A stretch of DNA of 47,185 nucleotides from an uncultured Spirochaetales bacterium (GTDB lineage: Bacteria; Spirochaetota; Spirochaetia; Sphaerochaetales; Sphaerochaetaceae). Location of the stretch: assembly GCA_945947045.1 (NCBI GenBank), contig CAMEXG010000001.1, positions 1 to 47,185 of the forward strand, in the 5' to 3' direction. Shown in pieces: positions 25,384 through 34,130 of the stretch (positions are counted from its first letter, which is position 1; every line of letters starts with the position of its first letter). Position numbers and translations under genes: made by a program. The notes below the pieces were generated by a model that worked only from the letters and a program-made list of their open reading frames with translations, did not search any database and was not told the origin of the DNA.

Positions 25384-27801
25384 TTACTCCACGCTTACAG
25401 GACATGTATATACACGGTTATCTTTTACACACTTCTTTTCACCGATTATCTTTACCTCTCCAACTACACTATATGTTCCGGAAGACTGACCTACCATGAT
25501 ATTAAGAGTTCCAGGTTCAACTGCAAACTCCATGTTTTCATTATAGTAACCAAGCTGTCTCATTGAGAGATGGAAGGTTACTTTTTTAGTTTCACCCTTC
25601 TCCAATGTTATTCGCTTAAAGCCCTTAAGTTCCTGAACCGGTCTTGTAACGCACACGTTCTTTACTCTTGTATAAAGCTGTACAACTTCGTCTCCTTTAA
25701 CATTTCCTGTATTCTTCACTTCTACAGTAATGTCTACATCTCCATCAGCTTCAACTTCTTTTCTACTTAAAACCAAGTTGGATATGTCGAAAGTAGTGTA
25801 TGAGAGACCATATCCGAATGGATAAAGAGGCGAATCATCCGAGTCTACATAACCTCCCTTTAAAAGTCCTACAATTGGTTCTCTTACATAACCTGAACCC
25901 GAACGATGATTATAGAAAATAGGAATCTGTCCCTCATTTCTAGGAATTGAGAATGTCATCTTTCCTCCAGGGTTTACACTTCCATCCAATACATCTGCCA
26001 CTACTTTTCCTGCATATTGCCCCGGCATATATGCTTCAATAATTGCAGACGCATGCTCAGAAGCATAAGGAGTAGAGAATATCTGAGGTCCATACATTAT
26101 TACTACTACAGGCTTATTTGTAGCAATAAGGCTTTCAAGTAGTTCTTCCTGAACACCTGGAAGCGTTATTTTTGTCCTATCTATTCCCTCTCCTCCTGTT
26201 ACATTTACCCAACCGCAGTTTCCTCCGCAGGCAAATACGACAACATCATTTTCTTCCGCAGTTTTTATGGCAGAAGCGAAATGAGACTTGTCATCTCCCG
26301 TGATTTCGCAACCCTTTTCATAGGAGACGGAGAATCTTTCTGATAGGACTTCTTTCAAGCTTCTGGCATCAAGTCCTCTAAGGACACCGTCCATGTCACC
26401 AAGTTTTTTCAGTTCCTCTTCTGTATAGATGGCCATCATCTTGGCAAAAGGATTGTTGTCATTCTTCTTGTTATTGTCGGCAAGATCAGCCATACCTCCA
26501 ATGCCGACGTTCTCACCTCTGCTACCTGCCTCCATCATTTCAATATATGCAGGATATGTATATCCAGACACCGGATATCTAATGGAATCTGCATGAGGAC
26601 CAATGAGGGCTACCTTGACACCTTTCTTAAGAGGAAGAACTCCATCGTTTTTCAACAAAACGAGAGAATCTGCTGCGATTTTTTCTGAGAGATCATCTTT
26701 TTCCTTTGTTCTGAAGGTATCTTTTATACTACTTTCATCACAATAAGGGTTCTCAAATAGGCCGCACTTAAATTTTACATACAATACTCTTCTTACTGAT
26801 TCATTTATGCACTCTTCTGTGATAAATCCACTCTTAACATACTCTGGGAGTTGTCTGAAAGCTGCACCAACAGGAATCTCAGTATCAGTTCCTGCTTTTT
26901 TTGCAATTGCTCCGGCTTCTTTGTAACTAGATCCGATTTTATATACATTATATGTTCTGAGGACAGCAGCTCCATCGGAAGTGACGACTCCTTTAAAGCC
27001 CATCTCTTCTCTCAATAGCTTTCCTATGATTTCAGGGTTGTCAATTACTGGAAGGCCATCAATCTCACCATAGTTACACATTACAGCATCCAGATCTTCT
27101 TCCTTCATGGCTGTTTCAAAGGGAAGAGCGAAATCTTCATATAACTCTCTATGACCGCAACGGAAAATAGAAGTATTTAGACCACCTTGGGTGAATGCGT
27201 AACCTAAAAAGTGCTTGGCAATACAGCTGACTTTTTTACTCTGCATTCCTCCGATATATTCTTTTCCAAATTGGGATACTAAATATGGATCCTCTCCATA
27301 TGTTTCATATGTTCTACCCCATCTAGGATCTCTTGCCACATCGATTACAGGGCTCATAGCAGATGAGATTCCTACACTTCTTGATTCTTCGCCAATATAT
27401 TCAGCCATTTCTCTAGCTAATTCCGGTTCCCAAGTAGAACCTAGATTTATCTGGGAGGGATAAAGGGAGCCACCTTTTCCCGGATAACCACAGAGGTTTT
27501 CACTTTGTAAAGCAACAGGGATGCCTAGTCTTGTCTCTTCTACAAAATATCGCTGGACTTCATTTGCTATTTTTGCAATGTAATGTGGATCTGTAATTCC
27601 TGCTGTAGAGAACTGAGTGAATCTTCCGTGTCCGTTAGGAAACTGTTTCTTAAGTTCTTCTTTACTTACTTCACCATTGACTATGACGGTTGGAACAAGG
27701 TCTCCACAAAGCTGGGCCACCTTCTCCTCCAGTGTCATTTTTGAGAGCAAATCCTCTACTCTTTCCTTAATAGGCAAAGATGCATCCTTGTATTTGTCCA
27801 T
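25384..27801 (-). CDS. glycoside hydrolase family 3 (BglX-type beta-glucosidase/xylosidase-like), cytoplasmic
   Basis: 805 aa. LTLEEKVAQL start, KHFLGY motif, GFKGVVTSDG nucleophile region, C-terminal FnIII-like domain. No signal peptide. Confidence 0.88.
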   Translation of the reverse strand: MDKYKDASLPIKERVEDLLSKMTLEEKVAQLCGDLVPTVIVNGEVSKEELKKQFPNGHGRFTQFSTAGITDPHYIAKIANEVQRYFVEETRLGIPVALQSENLCGYPGKGGSLYPSQINLGSTWEPELAREMAEYIGEESRSVGISSAMSPVIDVARDPRWGRTYETYGEDPYLVSQFGKEYIGGMQSKKVSCIAKHFLGYAFTQGGLNTSIFRCGHRELYEDFALPFETAMKEEDLDAVMCNYGEIDGLPVIDNPEIIGKLLREEMGFKGVVTSDGAAVLRTYNVYKIGSSYKEAGAIAKKAGTDTEIPVGAAFRQLPEYVKSGFITEECINESVRRVLYVKFKCGLFENPYCDESSIKDTFRTKEKDDLSEKIAADSLVLLKNDGVLPLKKGVKVALIGPHADSIRYPVSGYTYPAYIEMMEAGSRGENVGIGGMADLADNNKKNDNNPFAKMMAIYTEEELKKLGDMDGVLRGLDARSLKEVLSERFSVSYEKGCEITGDDKSHFASAIKTAEENDVVVFACGGNCGWVNVTGGEGIDRTKITLPGVQEELLESLIATNKPVVVIMYGPQIFSTPYASEHASAIIEAYMPGQYAGKVVADVLDGSVNPGGKMTFSIPRNEGQIPIFYNHRSGSGYVREPIVGLLKGGYVDSDDSPLYPFGYGLSYTTFDISNLVLSRKEVEADGDVDITVEVKNTGNVKGDEVVQLYTRVKNVCVTRPVQELKGFKRITLEKGETKKVTFHLSMRQLGYYNENMEFAVEPGTLNIMVGQSSGTYSVVGEVKIIGEKKCVKDNRVYTCPVSVE

Positions 27802-27843
27802 ACATATCTCCTTTTTACTATCCTCTGTTTTTTTTCTGTTTGT

Positions 27844-29109
27844 TTATTTTCCTAAAAGCTTAAACATGTCCTTCTTATAGTCTTCAACACCATTCTGATC
27901 AAAAGGATTTACTCCTGTGATATTGCATGAAACATAGCAGGCCATCTGGAAGAAATAGAAAAGAGCGCCATAAGTCTCTTCATCGAAACGAGGAATCTCC
28001 AAAACAAGGCATGGGAATCTTCTTGAGTGAGCGGCAAGAGTTGCGTTAAATGCAGCTTTATTGATTTCCCAAAAATCTTTTCCATCAAGATATTTGAAGC
28101 CATCTTCCAATTCATCACTTGGAAGCGGACAAGTAGATTCTCTTTCCGTTACATTCAAAAACGTCTCGAAAAGCATTGGGGAACCATCCTGGACAAACTG
28201 TCCTAAAGAATGCAGATCCTCACTATATGAAGTATCCATCGGCAATAAGCCCTTATCTTCCTTTCCTTCACTTTCACCGAAAAGCTGTTTCCACCACTTT
28301 GCAAATCTAAAGAATCTGGGTTCGAAATAAGAAAGAAGTTCTACACTCTTCCCTTTTTCTTTTAGCATAGTGCGCATTGTGGCATATTCGAGGGCGACAT
28401 TTAATATTGAATGATCGCTTTTGAGTCTACTCTCCATATCTTTTGCACCCTTAACCATAGCTTTAATATCAAAACCTGCAACAGCAAGAGGGAAAAGACA
28501 GATGGGAGAGAGCGCCGTATATCTACCGCCAATATTCGAAGGGAAAGGAAGAAGTGTATAACCCTCCTTTTCAGCCATATTCCAGGAAGGCGTATTCTCT
28601 GTAAAAGTAACGATTACTCTTGAAGAGTAACTATCCCCATATCTTTTATCCAAGAAGTTCCTGATAACTCTGAAAGCAATACCAGGCTCCAATGTCTCAA
28701 AGTTTTTGGCGATACAATCCACATAGACGCTTTTCTTGTTCTCCAAAGATTTTAATACTTCGTTCATTGAATATGGGCTTATAGTATTTCCTGCCCATAT
28801 TATTTCAACATCATTCTTCCGTCCCAATGCCTCGTATACAGCTCTGGCTGCCTGGTTTGAACCGCCAATACCTATGACAACCAAGGCATCTGCATCTTTC
28901 CTTACTCTTAAGGCAGTCTCTTCATACTTTTCCAGCCATTCTTCTCCAGCCCAAAGAGATACATTGTGCCAACCGAGAGTATCTTTATACTTCTCCTCTC
29001 CTTTCAGAGCTCTATCTAGGGAAGGAAGGTTTCTTTCTAGTCTTGCTTTATATTCCTCTTTCCCGATTAATCCCGAATTATCTACATACTTAAAGTTTAT
29101 ATCCGTCAT
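27844..29109 (-). CDS. glucose-6-phosphate isomerase family protein (short Firmicute-type PGI), with an atypical phosphate loop
   Basis: GIGGS, IGGRYTALSP, WWKQLFGESEGK, DLHSLGQ and NPFDQNGVEDYKK signatures are present. The canonical SKSGTT/SKTFTT loop reads AKNFET. Confidence 0.8.
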   Translation of the reverse strand: MTDINFKYVDNSGLIGKEEYKARLERNLPSLDRALKGEEKYKDTLGWHNVSLWAGEEWLEKYEETALRVRKDADALVVIGIGGSNQAARAVYEALGRKNDVEIIWAGNTISPYSMNEVLKSLENKKSVYVDCIAKNFETLEPGIAFRVIRNFLDKRYGDSYSSRVIVTFTENTPSWNMAEKEGYTLLPFPSNIGGRYTALSPICLFPLAVAGFDIKAMVKGAKDMESRLKSDHSILNVALEYATMRTMLKEKGKSVELLSYFEPRFFRFAKWWKQLFGESEGKEDKGLLPMDTSYSEDLHSLGQFVQDGSPMLFETFLNVTERESTCPLPSDELEDGFKYLDGKDFWEINKAAFNATLAAHSRRFPCLVLEIPRFDEETYGALFYFFQMACYVSCNITGVNPFDQNGVEDYKKDMFKLLGK

Positions 29110-29993
29110 AGAGACGCTCCTTTTACTTGATAGTTTTCTTTGATTATTTCTATAACCTTAGCAACATACTTCTCATTTTCCGGAACATTGGAGTTTAAGA
29201 ATGCATGCCAAAGATCTTTATCGATAAAATAAGAATGTAGAATTCCATCCCTATTTAGTATTTCATCCAGCTTATCGCTATGATTTTTCAATATCTCTTT
29301 TTCTGATGCAAATAGCGCTACAAATGGAAACCCAAAATAGTCGCCCAGCACAGGATATGCATATGGATCATCACAATCCGCTGTGATGTAATACTCATAT
29401 TTCTCACCCGTTCTATAGTCCAGAATAGCATCATTATCTATTTGGTATTGCGTGGGCTCTATCCCTTCTCCAATATATGGAGAGGAAAGAATAAGGGAGG
29501 ACGGAAGATAAATACCATGGTCCCTGCACCATAGAGACAACGACAAAGCTATGGTTCCACCTGCGCTCGTTCCAATGATACTCGACTCTCCCGGATCGAC
29601 TCCCCATTCCAATAGTTTTCTCCAGACTTTTACACAATCCATAAAGGCTGCAGGATATGTATCCTCAGGTGCAAGTGAATAGTTGATTCCATAAATAGTC
29701 ATTCCTAGATTTCTTGCTATCTGAGTGCAAAGCCAATATCCATTCGAAGCATATCCGTTTTTAAAACCTCCACCATGAATATAAACAAGGGCGGAAGACG
29801 ATCTTGAATTGGGAAAAGTAATTTTTTCTGTTTCAACACCTTTTATATTAAGTAGAGTCTTCTCAGCATCTTCCGGAAGCTTAGAGGCTCTTTTTTTCTG
29901 ATTCTCCCTCATCTCTTCCAGAGTAGACTTACTCCTCAATTTCTTTATTTCCCTAAGTCTCTCTTCATATTTCTGTCCTATTTCTCCAAGCAT
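29106..29993 (-). CDS. alpha/beta-hydrolase esterase (HSL/deacetylase-like)
   Basis: Oxyanion motif HGGGF, nucleophile elbow GTSAGG, distal DLWHAF. 4-nt overlap with the PGI-like start. Confidence 0.75.
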   Translation of the reverse strand: MLGEIGQKYEERLREIKKLRSKSTLEEMRENQKKRASKLPEDAEKTLLNIKGVETEKITFPNSRSSSALVYIHGGGFKNGYASNGYWLCTQIARNLGMTIYGINYSLAPEDTYPAAFMDCVKVWRKLLEWGVDPGESSIIGTSAGGTIALSLSLWCRDHGIYLPSSLILSSPYIGEGIEPTQYQIDNDAILDYRTGEKYEYYITADCDDPYAYPVLGDYFGFPFVALFASEKEILKNHSDKLDEILNRDGILHSYFIDKDLWHAFLNSNVPENEKYVAKVIEIIKENYQVKGASL

Positions 29994-30003
29994 AAGACCA
30001 ACC

Positions 30004-31476
30004 TCAGACGCCTCTTTTGTTTCTACCGCTCTTCCATGGGTTTCTCACGTTTCTGTAGTTCATGGACTCATTACCCACTGTCTTCATCTTTTCAATAAAT
30101 GCAGCTTTGGCTTCTTCGATACGTTTGTCATAAGCCTCGGTATGATATTTCTCCAGGAGAGGATCCTTATATTTTTCCATATAAGAGTTTAGAATGCTTC
30201 TCATCTTCGCTATCTCTTCCTGATACTCAGGATCATCAATAAGATTACACAAAGCATCCGGATCCTTCTCAAAATCATAGAATTCTTCAGGGACTCTATA
30301 CTGGAAGAAGTCCACTCTTTCTTTTATTTCTTTATTCTCTTCCCCCGCCTTCACCATGGCATTAAAGGTAAGACCAGTCTGAGCCTCATTCTTAAAAACT
30401 TTCTCTCCATCGGACCATGCATTGAAGATATATCCATATCTCTTGTTTTGTACGCATCTCATAGGGTAAGAATTAAAAGCAGAAGTAAGGTTAAACTGTG
30501 TATATACATAACCATCTCTACTATCATCTTTCTTTCCTTCAAGAATACTAAGGTAACTCTTTCCGTCACACTTCATCTTATCTTCCAATCCACAAGCTTG
30601 GAGAACTGTAGGAGTAAAATCTACTCCACTTATTAGATCTGTATTATTTCTTGTTCCTGCAGCGATATGTCCAGGCCACTTGGCGATAAAAGGAGTCTTT
30701 GTAGAGTTCAAGTAACAGTTTGCCTTGGCAAATGGGAATGCCATACCATTATCAGACATGAAAATAACCAGTGTTTCGTCTTCGAGACCTGCTTCTTTCA
30801 ATGAATCCAATACTGCGCCCATAGACTGGTCTCCCCTATGGACTGAAGAATAATACTGTGCAAGTTCTTTTCTTACGTCTGGTAAATCAGGAAGGAATCC
30901 AGGCACCCATGCTTCTTCACTCTTATAGAATCTATCGGCATAGATATGGTAGCCATAGAATTTTTTAACTTCATCGTCGCTTCCTGCGAAAGGTCTATGT
31001 GGATCATGGGTATTAGCCATCAAGAAAAAAGGCTTTCCTGATTCTTTTGCCATTTCGAAGAACTCTTTGGACCTGGACCTATATAAATCAGGGCTTCTAC
31101 CGTAATTTGATTCAGGCTCCATCATTCTTGAGGCATAATCCCACGCAAATTTTTCCATTGGTACGGCATGCTTCAGTTTTCCGATAATTCCATTGAAGTA
31201 TCCATTTTCCTTAAGGGTCTCCGTGAGAGTAGGAATCTCGGAAGAAATGGGCATAAAACCAGGGGCACCGTTTTTATGAGGATATAATCCTGTCAGGAGA
31301 CACTCCCTCGAAGGCTGGCATACAGCGATAGTAACGTGGGCATTGTCAAAACATACACCTTCAGATGCAAGCTTGTCCAAGTTTGGTGTTATGTCATCTA
31401 CAGGGCATCCGAAACAACCGATAGAGTTGTAATTCAAATCATCCGCCATTAATAGAAGGATATTGGGTCTTGTCAT
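30004..31476 (-). CDS. Cys-type sulfatase, no signal peptide
   Basis: NILLLMADDL metal-site N-terminus, signature AVCQPSRECLLTG. AGGAG RBS at 31483-31487. Confidence 0.9.
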   Translation of the reverse strand: MTRPNILLLMADDLNYNSIGCFGCPVDDITPNLDKLASEGVCFDNAHVTIAVCQPSRECLLTGLYPHKNGAPGFMPISSEIPTLTETLKENGYFNGIIGKLKHAVPMEKFAWDYASRMMEPESNYGRSPDLYRSRSKEFFEMAKESGKPFFLMANTHDPHRPFAGSDDEVKKFYGYHIYADRFYKSEEAWVPGFLPDLPDVRKELAQYYSSVHRGDQSMGAVLDSLKEAGLEDETLVIFMSDNGMAFPFAKANCYLNSTKTPFIAKWPGHIAAGTRNNTDLISGVDFTPTVLQACGLEDKMKCDGKSYLSILEGKKDDSRDGYVYTQFNLTSAFNSYPMRCVQNKRYGYIFNAWSDGEKVFKNEAQTGLTFNAMVKAGEENKEIKERVDFFQYRVPEEFYDFEKDPDALCNLIDDPEYQEEIAKMRSILNSYMEKYKDPLLEKYHTEAYDKRIEEAKAAFIEKMKTVGNESMNYRNVRNPWKSGRNKRGV

Positions 31477-31499
31477 TTATGTCTCCTTTTACTAATCAT

Positions 31500-31518
31500 T
31501 AATTAAATGATTTAATAA
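31500..31518. promoter_or_regulatory. 19-bp dyad TAATTAAA-TGA-TTTAATAA, a candidate operator
   Basis: The core ATTAAAT-G-ATTTAAT is a perfect inverted repeat. It lies 23 nt upstream of the sulfatase ATG, just downstream of a weak TTGCAA-N16-TATGCT promoter candidate (31547-31520, minus). Confidence 0.4.
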
Positions 31519-31624
31519 AAGCATAACCCATATATCTAGGTTTGCAAGTCTTTTTTTTAAAATTTGTAAAAAATATTTATTTTAATAAAGACACATATCA
31601 TTTTATTACAGTCAAACAAAATAC

Positions 31625-32119
31625 TTAGATATCAAGCATACCGATGTTATATTTCTCCACCGGTTTTGAGTAGAACCATTGAAGATCCATCAATCGATCT
31701 TTAGTGAACTTCAGATAGATCTTGTCTTTTGGCGGCCACTTTAGCATCATGTCAAATCTTTTGTCGTCATCTAGTTTTTCCGGAGAAAAAATCAAATAAA
31801 GAGTTCCACATTTCTTCGTATTATTTCTGTTCAGTACCTTTGATCCTATTACATCTACTTCAGCAATTTCGTTCCAAGGAATATATCGCCTCCTGATGCC
31901 TAAGAACGAGAGAGAAACGCCAACCTTTTCCACTTTTACTACACTTCCATATCTAAATACGATTGCGAGGAAAGGAATTGAAATCAGAAGAAATACAAGA
32001 GCTGATATATATCTTGATATAGTGCAGAGGGTAATTGATATGGCAATAAGAAAGAGAAAGTATAATAAAGCGAACATGAACATCGTATCGTTTGCCAAGT
32101 ATTTCTTACCTTTTCCCAT
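31625..32119 (-). CDS. small membrane protein: two TM helices plus a beta-rich cytoplasmic domain (bacterial PH/YdbS-like?)
   Basis: 164 aa. Hydrophobic segments at roughly residues 13-33 and 38-56. Starts 3 nt after the ROK stop. No recognisable catalytic motif. Confidence 0.45.
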   Translation of the reverse strand: MGKGKKYLANDTMFMFALLYFLFLIAISITLCTISRYISALVFLLISIPFLAIVFRYGSVVKVEKVGVSLSFLGIRRRYIPWNEIAEVDVIGSKVLNRNNTKKCGTLYLIFSPEKLDDDKRFDMMLKWPPKDKIYLKFTKDRLMDLQWFYSKPVEKYNIGMLDI

Positions 32120-32122
32120 ACA

Positions 32123-33349
32123 CTACTCCAAAAAAGACTCCAAATCTCTCTTTATTGCTACTGCAGAAGCCCCAACAGCTCCACTTAGATCATCACTGCT
32201 TTTGAAATGAAGTTTCAAGTCCTGGAATGTTCCTCGATACAGATTCTTGTAAACCACATTCATAAGAACTTTTCTATTTTCCTCCACATCAAAGATCTTT
32301 CCTTCTATAACCATATACTCAGGTCTTACAAAATTCTCAATGTTTGCAATTGCAAGCCCCAGGTATCTAATAGCTTTGAATATAATTTTCTTTACCTCTT
32401 CATCTCCTTTTTCTGAAGCTTCAAGTACATCCGCAATATCCAAGAACTGCTTTTTCTCATAGATTGAAGACAGAACAGGAGTTTTCCCTTCCTTCATAGC
32501 TTTATTAGCCTTTTCAATGATAGTCTTTTCACTGGAGTAAGCTTCAAGACACCCCCTATTTCCACATAGACATGGATCTCCGTCTATTTCCATGATCATG
32601 TGACCTACCTCTCCGTCTCCAGTAACATTCCCGAAGTGGGTCTTCACAGAATTAAGTAAAGGGCATCCGATTCCTGCAGAGACAAACATATACGCCATCG
32701 AATCCGCATCTTCCAATACTTTCCCCTCAAACATAACCAAGGCATATGCTCTTGCAATAGTATTGTTTTCAACACTTACCATGCCCTTATATCCGGTAAG
32801 AGACGAAAAGTCTTCCATTACATTTTTATCTTTCCATTTATATCCCGGATGGATGATAAGTCTTCCCTCTTCTTTATCTACGATTCCCGGCATGGTAAGA
32901 CCAACTCCGAAGATGTCTTCCTGGATTAAATTTGCCTTTTTCAAAAGGGAAGAAAACAAATCTGCTGCACTTTTTATGGAGGCTTCATAGTCAGAGAAAG
33001 AACGCTCATCTCTAAGCGAAGCCAATACGTGGCCCCTTGTATCCACAATCACGCCATTTCTTACGGTTCCTCTTATTGCTATTCCCATAAATCTTCTGGA
33101 GTTTTCATTGATATCCACAAGCATTGTTCTTCTTCCCAAGCTCTTTACACTATGATCCTGTTCAACTTCTTTCAAAAGTCCATTCTTTATCATGGAGCTT
33201 ACGCTGGTAGTTATAGTAGGAAGAGTAAGACCTAACCTATCTGCTATCTCTATTCTTGAAATAGGACCAAATTTATAGACAATTTCCTTAATTGAAAACT
33301 GGTTTTGTACTTTTACTCTGGGTAGGTTGTTTCCTATGGAATTCTCCAT
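32123..33349 (-). CDS. ROK-family transcriptional repressor (XylR/NagC-like)
   Basis: 408 aa. wHTH (ISRIEIADRLGLTLPTITTSVSSMIKNGLL) and ROK zinc motif CLCGNRGCLE. Confidence 0.85.
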   Translation of the reverse strand: MENSIGNNLPRVKVQNQFSIKEIVYKFGPISRIEIADRLGLTLPTITTSVSSMIKNGLLKEVEQDHSVKSLGRRTMLVDINENSRRFMGIAIRGTVRNGVIVDTRGHVLASLRDERSFSDYEASIKSAADLFSSLLKKANLIQEDIFGVGLTMPGIVDKEEGRLIIHPGYKWKDKNVMEDFSSLTGYKGMVSVENNTIARAYALVMFEGKVLEDADSMAYMFVSAGIGCPLLNSVKTHFGNVTGDGEVGHMIMEIDGDPCLCGNRGCLEAYSSEKTIIEKANKAMKEGKTPVLSSIYEKKQFLDIADVLEASEKGDEEVKKIIFKAIRYLGLAIANIENFVRPEYMVIEGKIFDVEENRKVLMNVVYKNLYRGTFQDLKLHFKSSDDLSGAVGASAVAIKRDLESFLE

Positions 33350-33449
33350 TCAATATATCCTTTTGGCAATATTAGTCTTAATAATGAAATTATATATGCC
33401 ATTTTGGTATATATCATCAATTAATTTTTTAATTTAATGAATATTATTC

Positions 33450-34130
33450 TTACCTTCTTATAGGCGGAAATAAGTGTTCTATCCCCAGCTCCTTCACCAT
33501 CTTAACGACTTCCGTCGATCTCGATACTCCGAACTTCTGAAGCAGAGTTCTTATCTGGCTCTTGACCGTAGCAGGCTCAACGAACCTTCTCTCGGCTATT
33601 TCCCTTACCTTCAAACCTTCCATAAAACATGAGATCAGCTCTTTTTCTGCTGGAGTCAGATTGCCTAGGTTCTGTATGAAATACAAGAGGTTTTTCTCAC
33701 TCTTACGTAGTCTTTTATATTCATCCATCAAGACTTTCTGTATTTCACTGTCAATCTGTGCATTGCCTTCCTTTGCCATTCTGACTTTCTTTCTCAGTGT
33801 CTCTTCGTCGCAGCCTTTGACCACATAATCCAGGGCACCGTTTGACATGGCTTTTACAATGGTCTCATCACTATCATGGCTAGTGAGATAAAGAATGACA
33901 GCATCATTATCGCTGGAAAGAATCGCATCTGCAGCCCTTATCCCATCCTCGTTATCAGCCATCTCAATGTCCATTAAGACTACATCGTACTTTTCTTTCT
34001 CATATTCCATCTCAGCTTCAATTCCAGTGGAACACTCTTTTATTACTAGAATATCTCCCTCTTTTTCCAAAGCTTCCTTTATATATGTCCTGATTACTTC
34101 ACTGTCTTCAGCCAACATTACTCTAATCAC
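33450..34130 (-). CDS. response regulator, NarL/LuxR family
   Basis: REC domain (DVVLMDIEM phospho-Asp region) plus a C-terminal LuxR HTH (LTPAEKELISCF...VKSQIRTLLQKFGV). Confidence 0.9.
   Translation of the reverse strand: MIRVMLAEDSEVIRTYIKEALEKEGDILVIKECSTGIEAEMEYEKEKYDVVLMDIEMADNEDGIRAADAILSSDNDAVILYLTSHDSDETIVKAMSNGALDYVVKGCDEETLRKKVRMAKEGNAQIDSEIQKVLMDEYKRLRKSEKNLLYFIQNLGNLTPAEKELISCFMEGLKVREIAERRFVEPATVKSQIRTLLQKFGVSRSTEVVKMVKELGIEHLFPPIRR

Noticed and set aside
27844-29109. Treating the PGI-like, TIM-like, PFK-like and aldolase genes simply as housekeeping glycolysis.
   Set aside because: This is not fully rejected. It is down-weighted because of the operon context (sulfatases, GH3, LarA-like), the dedicated operator-bearing promoter, and the altered phosphate-binding loops. 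It remains the null hypothesis named in the findings.
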